Of a stretch of 64,000 nt of DNA, positions 46,937 to 59,750 are shown piece by piece. Both the position numbers and the translations under genes were made by a program. Below the pieces are notes generated by a model, which worked only from the letters and a program-made list of their open reading frames with translations, made no database searches and was not told the origin of the DNA. This DNA is from Selaginella moellendorffii (Eukaryota; Plantae; Lycopodiophyta): positions 1,456,676-1,520,675 of the forward strand of contig NW_003314303.1 of the NCBI RefSeq assembly GCF_000143415.4, given 5' to 3'. Position 1 is the first letter of the stretch. Each line of letters begins with the position of its first letter.

Positions 46937-49900
46937 CTCTATCCACGGCCCAACTTTTTGAGACCCTCCCTTGGATCTCTTATAGAGACTACTTCCCTTG
47001 GACTTACTATGCCATAATATTGACATAGTTCATTTCCCTTAGGTGTTCTTCCCACTTGGTCACCTTGACCAAGCCACACCTTTATCAATAGTTCAAATCA
47101 ACACTTTGAACTAGGAATCATATTCCTTAACCCAAACAAAGACTTTATCCTTGTTTAGCCACAAGATCACCTAGTGATCTCATCTTGACCCCTACTAGGT
47201 CTATCAATAGGAACTAGGTCTTTCAGACCCTTCTAAGTTGTTGACTAGGGGGCATCCCCCACACTTGGCGGTGTGCCCAAGCCAACCCTTCCGGCCAAGG
47301 ATCCATAGCAACTGAGACTTGGGTGTCCCCATCTCATTCACCACGTCCTTGGTGCCCTTTGCACCAAAGTGTTCAAGTTAGATATGCCAAGCTTTCACTC
47401 TAAGCAATCTAACCGTGCATCACGACTCCGGGGCATCCCCCGCTTGGCGGTGTGCCCAAGCCAACCTCCTCATTGAGAGTCCATGACCACCAAAATATGA
47501 GTGTCCTCATATTCCAAACCATCACCACGCCCTAGTGATTTGGGACTCGAACCCAAGCACTAGAGGGTCGGGACTCAAACCTAACCTCCGTATATGCATC
47601 TACAGAAGGCATCATCCAAGATGTCTGGCGTGACTCCTCACACTAGTGCACCAACTTATAGTTAAAGCGTGCTATAGATCACAGCTTAGGAACCTAATTC
47701 CTCCGCACTGCCAAGTCCTCTTACTTGACAAGTCTGTGATCATGCATGGACTCCTCCATGCTCGGCCCCATAGGCCAGCCCTTTGAAGTTAGCACCTTCA
47801 ACTAGGGGATTTGTCCCCCTGACTTGCCAATCTCACTTAGTAAGTCATCCGGCCACCGTAACATGGTTCATGCATAAGCGTGAAAGTCCTTAACTATCGA
47901 CTTTCGTTCAAAGCCCTCTCTTTGAACACTCGGGAACCACTTCCCCAACCTTGATAGCTTCGCCTCATGGCCAGCTTCAAGACCACACTTCTGCTGCGCC
48001 ACTCTGATTTCGCACGTTCTAGGAACCATTTACACTTGGCTTTCTAGGTACTAAGCTACCTAGAATCATCTTTGGGAACTTTGAAGGACCTTTGTCCCTT
48101 AGCTTGCTAAGACCTCCCTTTTCGCAAGCTTTCTAGCTGCCATATAGTCTAACATGGACAATTCCATATTTTAGACTCCCCATGACATCACGGTTGTTAG
48201 CAACAACACCCTCGAGCCCCCACTTGATTCTCCACTCTCAGTTGGCATAACCAACCTTGGTTATACCCTTCAATTCTTATAGTTCGGTTCTATCCCCTTA
48301 CTACTTGCTTTTTGGCTTCACACTTTTCCTTCGGTCATTCTCCTCTAGACTAGGAGGATAGCTTTGCACTTTCTATCATGCCTTAGCAAGTATTCTTAGG
48401 GATGAACCTACTTAATAGCCTAGGAAGTGGTTCCTTAATCTAGGTATGCTCACTTTATAATCCCACACACCGGGATTAACGTTGTTGCTCATGGGCCTTC
48501 ACTAGCCTTGCCAAAATTCCATTTTTGGCTTTGTCCAATTCGGGTAGACAGTCTTCTCCCATCTCTGCAACCTTGGACATTTGGATAGCACCTTCTATCC
48601 ATCATTCGCTAGGGACTTATTCCCTTGGGCCTTATCTATTGCCCTCGCGACACTAAACACCACCTCCTAGTGTTTCAGAGTGTTTGGGTGTCCCAATGAT
48701 GGTCTCCTTGACAATGAGCATTTCCTTTTACAACATTGACTCACTATATCGCAACATAAGTAATTTATCCCTTGTAAGGGTATATCTAACTTCTTTATGC
48801 CATTAAAAAGTCTTGGGTAGCCATCTTCTACTCGTTTAACCAATTATCTTGCACCTTTTGCTTAGTTGCCTCATAGTTGTCAAGTCCTACAACTCATTGC
48901 TAATGCTTCCACACCTCCATCATTGTTTTGGTCACCACACTTTACCACATGCCTTCCAGCTTAGGCTATGCCATTCCTATTTCTGTTGGGATTCCCTTGG
49001 CAAGGGGTTCTTATGAACCTACCAACATAACCTCAAGGTATCACACCTTGACACCTTTGGTGTCTCCACACCATCGGCCCCGCGAGCCTATCCTTATGAC
49101 ACTACATATTAGTGTTTAGGTCTTTGCCAAGACCAATATAGTTGTTCCTCATGCTAACTATTTGTTAGCACCGCACTATAGCGTTTGCACCCAACTCTGG
49201 GCTAAAGTTTTTTTCTTCTGGGAACATCTTTCCCACAACTTTAGTATGGCACATTCTGCCATCAATGAGATACCTACTGTTCTCATACTTGGATCTTATG
49301 ATCCTCTTCATACCTCATGGGGCACTATACACCTCAGTCCAAATGCTTCAACTAATCCCTTAGGACCATTCCCTGACTTCGCTTGAGTCATTTAACATTT
49401 TGGACTTTGCTAATCCAACAATCCAAGATCTTAGTCTTCGAGGTGCCAACTTGCTAGAATACAACTTCTTGTATTCATGTCCTACTCACAAGGACAATCT
49501 TTGCAAGTGTTACTCCAACACTTGATGATTTTCTTGGGGCTAACCTTTGCCTCTTAGGACTACTTGTCCATGTGATGAGAATAGCAACTCATGTTTAAGT
49601 ACACCCCCAACTCCTTGGGTTGTTCCAGCATTTATTAAAGGTAGCCCCGGCTACCATTCCAAGGACTAGTGTCCTCTTCTGTATTTGACCTCCCATGGTC
49701 ACCAATTCCGGTCTCAAATTTATGAGTACCAACCTCAACTATATAAGGGTAATCTTGTGACTCCTTTATTGTTTTGGAGTCTACATCTTTCCCATGATCC
49801 CAACTATAGTTGTTTAACACAACTATATTAGCCCGTTTGCTGCGTCAAACACTCATCTGGATCACATCCTCAGCTCTCTGAGGAAACCCTTATACTGTTC

Positions 49901-52900
49901 CCAAGATCCCAAAGTCGTTCCCTTACTGGCCCCTTTTCTATCCACCATATCGCGCCCAAGTTCACGCATGAACTTGAGTGGAGAGCTATGTCCTCTCAAC
50001 ATGCTACTCTTCAAGGATAGGCCCCCTCTTAGGACCTTCCGATGCCAATATCAATGGTGATATACTTGAGCACCAATAAAAATTGGACTAAGGAACAGCT
50101 CCGATACCAAGTTGTAAGCAACTAATGTTTTCATTCTACTTTAGTCACTTAACCGCACCTCCAACCACTTGGAGAAGTCTCCTTCACAACCTCCATAAGT
50201 CCCATTCAGAACTTGGGGCTTGCTAGCCCCGCAAATGGCATCCACACCACTCAACTTTTGCACTTGGTCTAAGTGCTCCATGTGTCCGATCCCATGACCG
50301 ACACCCCAAGGTACCACTAACATACCAGCTCGTTACACTAGGCCATGCCCATTCACCTTGGTCACATCGGTGGTCCAACACCACCTACATTACAATCTTG
50401 TCTCTCAAAGACTAGGCTATCCATCCATGAGTGGCTATCCCAAATCCACTCTATAACAACCTCAAGATGCTTGCAGACATGGGGAATAGCCTTCCCCAAT
50501 GTCTCCTTTCCGGTCCCCACCAAGTCCCTTTCTGTCCATGGTCGTGTTCACCAACACTGCCACTGGATCAAGGCCCACAGGCCTAACCACTAAGTCCAAC
50601 TGTCCTCTAGGACTTCCTCACTATGTGACTGTGTCCCTTGCCACCACACTAGAGGGCTACTCCTCTTCCTTTCCACAGTCTGGGACTTTGGGGCAACATT
50701 TTGGAACACCGTGGCCCTACGCGGGCCTCGTGGGTACTCTCTTCGCCTTCTGCCTTTGGGTGCTCTAGCCATGGGCTTAGAGCGAGGTTCCGTTGAGCCA
50801 CACTAAGTATCCAAGCAAGTAGTGCCACCCATACTTGGACTGGGAGCATTGGCCAGTCAATCTCCCGGGGGAACTAGAGCCGGCTCTTGAACACTTCACC
50901 AAGCTACCCCACTTGTTGGTCCGTGTTCACTCTAGTCTTGGACTTCCCAGTGGTCAGTTCATCACCCAACACTGGGTCGGGCCTTCCTGGGCCAAACTAG
51001 CCTTTCCTGGCCAAACTGACTCCACTACAGTCCTCCCCCTTACTATACTTTTGGAGCTCACCAAACCCCCAAGGGTCTGGGAGACGAACGCTTTGGGCTT
51101 TCACCCTCTTAGACTTGAACTTGAACTCGGACTCGGACTCGGACTCGGACTCGGACTCGGACTCAGACTCGGACTCGGACTCGGGCTCGGTCTTGGCCTT
51201 GGCCTCGGTCTCGGTCCCGGTCCCAGTCTCGGTCCCGGTCCCTGTCTCGGTCCCGGTCTCGGTCTCGGTCTCGGTCTTGGTCCCGGTCTCAGTCTCGACC
51301 TCAGACTCCATCTCGGGTCCTTCTCGGATTCCATCTTGGATTCCATCTCGGGTCCATCTCAAACTCCGTCTCGGTCCATCTCGGACTCCATCTTGGGTCC
51401 ATCTCGGACTCCATCTCGGGTCCATCTCGGACTCCATCTCGGTCCATCTCGGACTCCATCTCGGTCCATCTCGGACTCCATCTCGGACTCCATCTCAGAC
51501 TCCACCTCGGACTCCAACTCAGACTCCATCTCGGACTCCATCTCAAACTCCATCTCGGACACTTCCACGTGTCATGCGTTGGTCCTTTTGGGTCCCTTTT
51601 TGGAGCCTCGCTTATTGCTCACTTCATGCTCGTTCCTTGAGCACTCTGTTGGGAGTTCCACTCCTACTCTCGACCTTTCAAGTCGGAGCCTTTTAGTCCA
51701 AATGTGTTACGCTCGTTTGGCTTTTGCTTTGGCCATTACCACGTGGCACCCTTTTGGCTCCACTTTGGGGCTTAGGGATTTGTGTCTCACAGGTTTTTCT
51801 TTGGTCTTTTTTTTCCTTTGGTCTTTGGTTTAAAACCTGATTGCTTATCTTTGGCAATTTTTCAATAATGCACAGAGCAGCCTTGACTAAGGAAGACATT
51901 GACAAATTCAACAATGCAAATGAGTGGCAATGTCTTGAGGATGGAGACAACAAGCCATATGTGTGCAAGCTCAAAAACGTCCTTACACACCCCCTAGAGA
52001 GATTTTGTGACGAGCAATTTTTTGACAAAGCAACTCTAAATCAACATAGAATCTGAATTCACAACCGTGAAATCATAAGTTTTTTGTATATTTTTTTCTT
52101 TCTAATACTGTTTTTTACACTTGACAATGCTAAAATCTGGAAATGGATATGGGAGAAAGAGTAAACAGGAGTCCTCCTAGTACAGAATTTTTGTTCCTCA
52201 AAATTCATTCAAATTTTAATGCAAATTTTTATTATACAGACTTTAAAAAATCAAGTGCACAATGAAATGCTGCTATGTAGACCAAAGAACCAAAAGATGA
52301 ACCTTTTAAACATGAAATATAGCCACATCAATGCCAAAGAGACTCGAAAAATTAAAATCCTATAAGATCTACAAACGTGGAAAAAACACTACACCGACTT
52401 GATGCTGGTGAACGACAAAAAGAAGCAGCCTGAGGATAGAAAACTACATGTTGCTCAATATGAGTAGGAATTAATAATTTTCATGTTGTCTGAAATGTTT
52501 TTACTCTGTTGTTTTTGCAAAGAAAGAGGAAATAGGAAATAATGAGAGAGAAGAACAAAAGAAAAAAAAGACTAAACATGAGGATCGATATGTTGTATTT
52601 AGTCTAAACTAGTTTTTGTTTTTAGCTCTCTATATTGTGCAATACAAGCATGACAAAAAAGAAAAGGAGATTTTCGTGGAGGGACAAGGCCAAAACAACA
52701 AAAAAAACTTGTGTGCAATAGGATGAAAATGCAAAGGATAAAGGAAAGGTATAGTTTTATATTTATTTAGTTATTCATCTTTAAAAAAATTAAAGACTAA
52801 TTACTATTTTCAAAGGGAGGTGTAGGAAAACAACGGAATAAAAAAGGATGAAGAAGATAAAACAAAACAATGAAGAAGACAAGGATGACAAATGAGATGA

Positions 52901-53099
52901 TGAAGATGACAATGTGTAAGATATGTTTAAAACAAAAAGGAAGAACAAACAAAATAAACATGACAGCTCGTTAAAGGTATTTAGTTAGAACTTTGACAAA
53001 AGATAATAAGATTGTTTTTTTTTCTAGGATGTAAAAAAGCTGACAAAAAAAATGTGAGAAAAAGTGGAAATATTTGACTTTACGTTATTAGTTGAAGCT

Positions 53100-54740
53100 T
53101 CAAACATATAATCTCAACCTCAATATAATTTGAAAATTTTATCTTAAGTCTAAAACTTTTTGTAGTAATGAAGAGCTACTCATCATGAATATTGATCTGT
53201 AGTGCTTGAATGTCAATTGAATGATAAATGACACAATTGTAAACTTCTTCATACTATAAGATATTTATTTTATTTTTTTCTTAACACATTTTTCAAGAAC
53301 CTGAAGTTAAAAGAACTTCAACATACCATCTAGAAGTAGTTGCCAACAGTTACATTGCAGTGGTTGCCAAATGTCGATATCCATAAATAGACCTAACTCT
53401 AAAAAACCAAGAGGACTAATATAGAAGGTAATTACACTAAAGTAGTATAAATAGAGCAGTTGTAGAGTTGAGAAGTTATCCTGATCTTACTACTCAACAC
53501 CATAGAAATCTTTATACTTGATTCTTTATCAAATTGCTTATGAAATTTGTTGCCAACTATCTATATTCCTAAGATCGACTCAGAACATGCATTTTTACTC
53601 ACTTTATATTTACCTTCTATTATTCTAGTTCTTAGACTTTTGTTAGATCTTGATTGATTTTGTGGCTTGTGCCATCTTTACTCTACTTGTTGATGGCCAA
53701 ATCTTACATGCAAGTGCTACATAGAGCAAATTATTCAATTAACTCAGTTTATCATTCTTCATTGTTGGAGCTTGTCTCCGATTGGTGACCCAAGATAACT
53801 CTATTTTTCATCATTTTTCCACCATCATCCTTCCTACTCCTAAACATCTCATTTTCAAGTTTATCAGAGGATGACAAATGAAACGATGAGGATGACAATG
53901 TGCAAGACGTGCTTGAAACAAAAGGGATGGACAAACAAAATAATAAGGATAGCTTGATAAAGGTCTTTAATTAAAACTTTGACAAGAGATAATACAATTG
54001 TTTTTTTCCTAGGATGTGAAGGAGCTGACAAAAAATACATGAGAAAAGGTGGAAATATCAAACTTTACATTATTGGTTGGAGCTTCAAATAGAATATCTC
54101 AACCATGAAATAATTTACCAAGTTTATATGACATTCGTGATTTTTTACAACAATAAAGCTACTTATCAGTAATATTGATTTATAGTGCCTGAATGCCAAT
54201 TGAATGATAAATGACATGGTTGTGAACTTCTTTATTGTGTAAGATATTTATTTATTTATTTCTTAATATATTTTTCTAGAATCGTCCTCAATAGCTTCTT
54301 CTATTCATATTTGTATCAAAAGGTAAGAGTTTTAAATTTTAAATTTTTTCTTTATTAGTCAAAAGTATGAAAAAAAAGGAAATGGAGAATCAACCAAATA
54401 TTTTTGAGAAAAAAATATCTATTATTGCCCATTTTCAAAACATAAGATTTTTTTTTTTTAATTCTTTGGTCTTTGAATTTAATATACACCAATTTTTAGA
54501 TCCCACTAAAGTTTGGTTGTCATTTCTCTCAAAGCGGACCAAACTTCAATCTTTCACCTAGATTCTATATATTGCATTGGACACGACAATAGCAAAGCCT
54601 TCAAGATTGTTAGAGAATACTTAGAGCATGAGTGGATGTATTACAATGGTGAAAATCCCATGATCAAAATTAATGTAAAAAAATTGAAGGTATGTTTTAT
54701 GTTGCTCTTTAGTTTATTAGTTGACCTTGTTTAATTATTG
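53100..54740 (+). pseudogene. Intron-containing Ulp1/C48-protease-like fragments, probably from a Mutator- or CACTA-type DNA transposon
   Basis: INDTIVNFF / INDMVVNFF (Ulp1 WLND.IINF-like) followed by GT..AG introns, and IFHLDS. Duplicated directly (52880-53300 vs 53870-54280) and invertedly. Confidence 0.45.
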
Positions 54741-57174
54741 GCTATTGGAGCGTTGTAGAGACAAGTTACCCAGACGTCTTAAAGCTACTGTGGTCGAGCC
54801 AGAGGTGTAAATTGGCGTCTAATATCCGACTAACCACTATTTGCAAAGAGATGTCAAGGAAAACAACATAATAAAGAAGGAAATTATGCTAAAAAAATTC
54901 TTACAAAGGTGTAAAAAATAAAATGTCAAAAGGAATGATAAGGAGGAGCAAGAAGTTGCTACTACACATAAGCATGAGGAGAAAGATAAAACTTGCAATT
55001 AAAAATGGAAGATGAAACTATGGGTGAAAAAGTAGATGACTAGGTAGTCTTTAAGCCAAATGAAAAGCTAAAAACTAATTTCTAAATATAGGAAAATGTA
55101 GAATGCAAAAAAGTAATGTAACTCAAACGAATTAAGATATTTTGAGGCTTTATCATAAAACTTCTATAAAGCATGAAAGTTCTACACGTGTCAGCTTTTT
55201 TAAACTTTTTTTTGAAAAACTTACTATGAATTTCGTTATAAGATTTTATACTTTGAAAAATGCCTTCGAAATGGAAAAATCTAAGCTAGGATAGAGCCTT
55301 AAAATGTTTTGATTCATTTGAGTTATATTTGCTCTTTTGCACTCTATGTTTTCCTACATTTAGTAATTAGTCTTTAGCTTTTCATTTGGCTTAAAAACTA
55401 TCAAGTCATTTATTTTTTCACTTGTATTTTCATCCTCCTTTATTAACTACAAGTTTTTATCATTCTCCTTTTGCTCATGTGCAGCAACAATTTTTTGCTC
55501 CTCCTTATCATTCCTCTTGACATTTTGTTTTTTATGCCTTCAGAAGAATGTTTTTAGCACAGTTTCCTTCCTTATTTTGTGATCAGTAAATAGTGTTTAG
55601 TTTTTAGCTTGTCTGAAGATGAGTAACTACTTTAATATAAAACTATACCCTTTCTTTGTTGTTTGCATTTTCATCTGTAACATACCATTTTATCTACAAA
55701 CTTCATTGTAAGATTGTTAAAAGATTTTTTTATGAATGTCTCTATGATGTGCATCGTGTAGACTCTACAATTCACAATATTGATTTGTTGTAGAACTTGG
55801 AAAATTGAACAAGGTCAACTAATAAATTTAAGACCAACATAAAATATACATTTAGTTTTTTTACGCTAATTTTAATCATAAGATTTTCACCATTGTAATA
55901 CCTCCACTCATACTCCAAGTACTCCTTAATAATCTTGAAGGCTTCACTACTGTCATGTCCAATGCAATGCATAGAATCTAGATGGATAAAATTGATGTAT
56001 ATTAATTTTAAAGACCAAAAAATTAAAAAAACAAAACTTATGCTTTGAAAATGGGCAATAATAGATAATTTTTCTCAAAAATATTTTGTTGATTCTCCAT
56101 TTCTTTTTTTGTCATACTTTTGACTAATAAAGAAAAAATTTAAAATTTAAAACTCTTACCTTTTGATACAAATATGAATAGAAGAAGCCATTGAAAACAT
56201 GTTAACCTTGTTTTAGCTTTAAGTTCCAGAAAAATATATTAAGAAAAAAATAAATAAATATCTTACACAATAAAGAAGTTCACAACCATGTCATTTATCA
56301 TTCAATTGGCATTCATGCACTATAGATCAATATTACTGATGAGTAGCTTCATTGTTGCAAAAAAATCACAAATGTCAGATAAACTTGGAAAATTATTTCA
56401 AGGTTGAGATTATCTATTTGAAGCTCCAACCAATAATGTAAAGTTTGATATTTCCACGTTTTCTCATATGTTTTTTGTTAGCTCCTTCACATCCTAGAAA
56501 AAAAACAATTGTATTGTCTCTTGTCAAAGTTTTAACTAAAAACCTTTATCAAGCTATCCTTATTATTTTGTTTGTCCATCTCTTTTGTTTCAAGCATGTC
56601 TTGCACATCGTCATCCTCATTGTTTCATTTGTCATCCTCTGATAAACTTGAAAATGAGATGTTTAAGAGTAGGAAGGATGATGGTGGAAAAATGATGAAA
56701 AATAGAGTTATCTTGGGTCACCAATTGGAGACAAGCTCCAACAATGAAGAGTGATAACTTAAGTTGATTGGATAGTTTGCTCTAGGTAGCACTTGCATGT
56801 AAGATTTGGCTATCAATAAGTGTGAAGAGGGTAAGATGGCACAAGCCACAAAATCAATCAAGATCCAACAAAAGTCTAAGAATTAGAATAATAGAAGGTA
56901 AATATAAAGTGAGTAAAAATGCATGTTTTGAGTCGATCCTAGGAATATAGACAGTTGGCAACAAATTTCATAAGCAATTTAATAAAGAATCAAGTATAAA
57001 GATTTCTATAGTATTGAGTAGTAAGATCAGGATAACTTCTCAACTCTACGACTGCTCTATTTATACTACTTTAGTGTAATTGCCTTTTATATTAATCCTC
57101 TTGGTCTTTTAGAGTTAGGTCTATTTATAGATATCGACATTTGGCAACTGATGTAACTGTTAGCAACCACTTTT
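53332..57174. repeat. ~3.8-kb imperfect inverted repeat (fold-back) centred near 55220
   Basis: ~53332-54738 mirrors ~55803-57174, and ~54868-55158 mirrors ~55285-55578. Mirror-image ORFs appear in the track (53752-/56572+, 53864-/56445+, 54513+/55772-). Confidence 0.9.
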
Positions 57175-57529
57175 GGACAATATGCTAAACACACAACAGT
57201 ATGCTAAAGTTGTGTGTTTGAATCCTATAGGCCCCTTTACTGCTCATCCTTTGGGTGTCGTTGAGTTTTAAACTGTTGACCTCTTTGTGTTGGAGATTTA
57301 GTGGTTGGAGCTCCATTCCTATTCTATGTGGCGGGGTGAATATTCCATTCTTCTAACTTGGGCAATTTCCTGCTTTATGACACACTTCCAGACTTAAACT
57401 GCACTAGTGTCTGAATTGTTTTCTTATTTGATTGCTGTGTTGACTTGTTACCACTTTGTAATTTTTATTTTTTATATGATCCTCATTTTCTCAAGTGATA
57501 AATTTTCTTAGTTCTTATTGTTAGAGCAG

Positions 57530-59750
57530 AAACTTGAACCTGATAGAACTTGAGTGCTTCGAAGGACAGAATGATCCTATGGAGCGAAGTTGGCTGGGAG
57601 AGGTGGGTGCTGACTCTGAATGCTGCAGATGTAGTTCTGGTACTGTTGGATCTCCTCTCTCAGTCGGTTCAGCTCAGTCTGGACTTTGGGTGGTGTTTCG
57701 ACAACGGTATGCTGCAGGTTCTGGTGGAGCTTCTATATCCCCTCCAACACCTTGAGATGGTACTTGTCGTTCTGGGTTATGAGGGTGTTCAACTGCTGCA
57801 CCACCTGTGTTGTGTTGGCTTCGTGGGACTTCATCCGGTGCTCTATCTTCTGCTGCTGCTCCTCGATTGACTTGAGTCAATGTTCAAGCTTTGGCTCCAT
57901 CTCCTGCTCTTGGGCTATGGAGTTGAGGTAGTTCGCCACTTCACAGAGCACCACATTGCACCACTTCCTGGATGACTCAGCGTGCTTCCCATCGAGTGTC
58001 GGAGCTCCCGGGTGTCACCGTTGTCTCCTCGGCCCTCGGCTGGTGGTGACTGCTCCCGAGTCTGCTTCCACTCGGAATCTCCGTGCCGTACCGTAGTACG
58101 GTTGATCTCCATGGTCAAGGTTCCACTCTCGGGCAGAGCGCTGAGTGGCATCCGACCCATACCTGGTGTTGGAGCGTTGTTGGGTGGGTGGATGGTAGAT
58201 GGTCCCACTCCCGCACTCCCTGTTGGTGGTGGTAGTTGTTGTTCAGCTGTGGCATAGGCCCTGACGACCGTGGGACTTGGATCCCTCAGCTGCTGTGGCC
58301 GGTTGGTGACCATGATCGTCCCAAAAGTGGCGGTCGCTGCTGCTGTTTCCATGGCAAGTAGGCTGCTCCCTCCCTTTGATGCTGCAGCTGCTGTGTTGGC
58401 GGCTGTTGCTGTTGCTTTTGTTGTTCCTGTTACTGCTGTGGTACTCCATGTCAGTCTGGGGCGCCGCCTTAGCCTTGTCCTTCTGGGGCTCCCACCGCAC
58501 GGTGTTGGTACTTGTAGGCTGTGGATGAGTCTTGGGCATGGCGTCTTCTTGGTGGGTTTACTGACGTGGGTGATCCCCATCAATTCCATTGTCTCTTGTA
58601 GTCTTGGAGGTGCGTACGGGTGAAGTTGGTTGGTACATCTTGATCTAACTCACGACTCGGGCTACTTTGTAGGTGGCTTCCGTACCCTTCCGTACCTCCT
58701 TGGTCTTACTTCTCGGTTGGCGCAGTGTGGTGACCTGCTCCAACGTCTCCCCCGGTGACTGTTCACTGTCGGTTTCCTCCTCTTCATTGTCTTCATCCTC
58801 CTCGACATCCGAGAGAAGCTCTTTGGCAGTCTCTCCAGTGATCAACTGAATGCAGTCGGATTTGTTGGAGGCATTGTTCATTAGTCGTCGCATCTTCTCG
58901 CTCGCCCTCCAATCCTTCTGCGGCACTCCTCTGTCGAGATCGAACTGGGGTCAGAGCTACCCACTGATTTGCGCGCTGGAGTGTTTCGACAATCCTGAAG
59001 AAAGATGATATGAGGATTTCTCCTTATGATCCCCTTTTCCACTGTGAGATATGCCCATATGATTGGAATGTGCACACTCTTCAGCTTATCCAGGCATCGT
59101 TTAAGTCAGGACCCTCTAAACTTTGTCGTTGAACTCAGCCAACTGCAAGCCCTTGGCCTTGAGTCTCCTGCACATGTGCTCCTCCATGCTGACTTTGAGG
59201 AGTTGTGATCTTCCTAGGTGGCTTTTCCATCCGCAAGTCTGCTTCCGGAAGTTCAAACGCCTGGCTGAAGAGTTTGGCTGTGAGTCGAAACTCATAGCCC
59301 ATTAGCTAGATGGATTTCCAGTGGGCGTCCATGGCGAGGACCATCCACGTGTAGAACAGGTGCTCCTTTGTTGGTGGCGCATCCTTGAGAAGTAGAAAAT
59401 TACCTTCAAACTGTCGAGTGTTGAACCATTGGTAGTCCACCGATCCCTTTTGGAATTTCACCTCCTACTTCTTCAGGCTGATGTCAAACTGGCTCACGTT
59501 GATCGTGCCCATCATGCTGAATCGGTGATTTGGGCAACTACTAGCTGTGCTCTTTGAACCCTAATGACCGACTTAGCTTTTTCCTCTTCATCCTTTTCCT
59601 ACTTCTGCCGGTGCATCCTGACCGCTTGTTCTCTATGCCAACGGTTCAGATCCCATTTCGGTGCATAAAATGGTATCCCTTTGGAAAATAGCTGGAACAG
59701 AATATCCTTCCTCCTCTAAGGCTGATTTGACGCTTTAAATGCTTGCTCTT
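57530..59750 (-). mobile_element. Decayed GC-richer TE-like ORF of unknown family
   Basis: Broken minus-strand reading frames (RLTAKLFSQAFELP, PIIWAYL, acidic and coiled-coil stretches) set in AT-rich flanks. No diagnostic domain. Confidence 0.35.

Larger units (their letters stand above)
44342..51791 (-). mobile_element. Complete but apparently non-autonomous (LARD-like) gypsy-type LTR retrotransposon
   Basis: LTRs 44342-46001 and 50113-51791 (TG..CA) with TSD GGTTT on both sides. PBS TGGTATCGGAGC (50109-50098, tRNA-Met) and PPT AGGGGTGGTGGAGT next to 46001. The internal ~4.1 kb has no long ORF. Confidence 0.95.

Noticed and set aside
47540-47590. tRNA B-box-like GGGACTCGAACCC motifs (also ~41165-41210)
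   Set aside because: Isolated short motifs with no cloverleaf; insufficient for a tRNA or SINE call.
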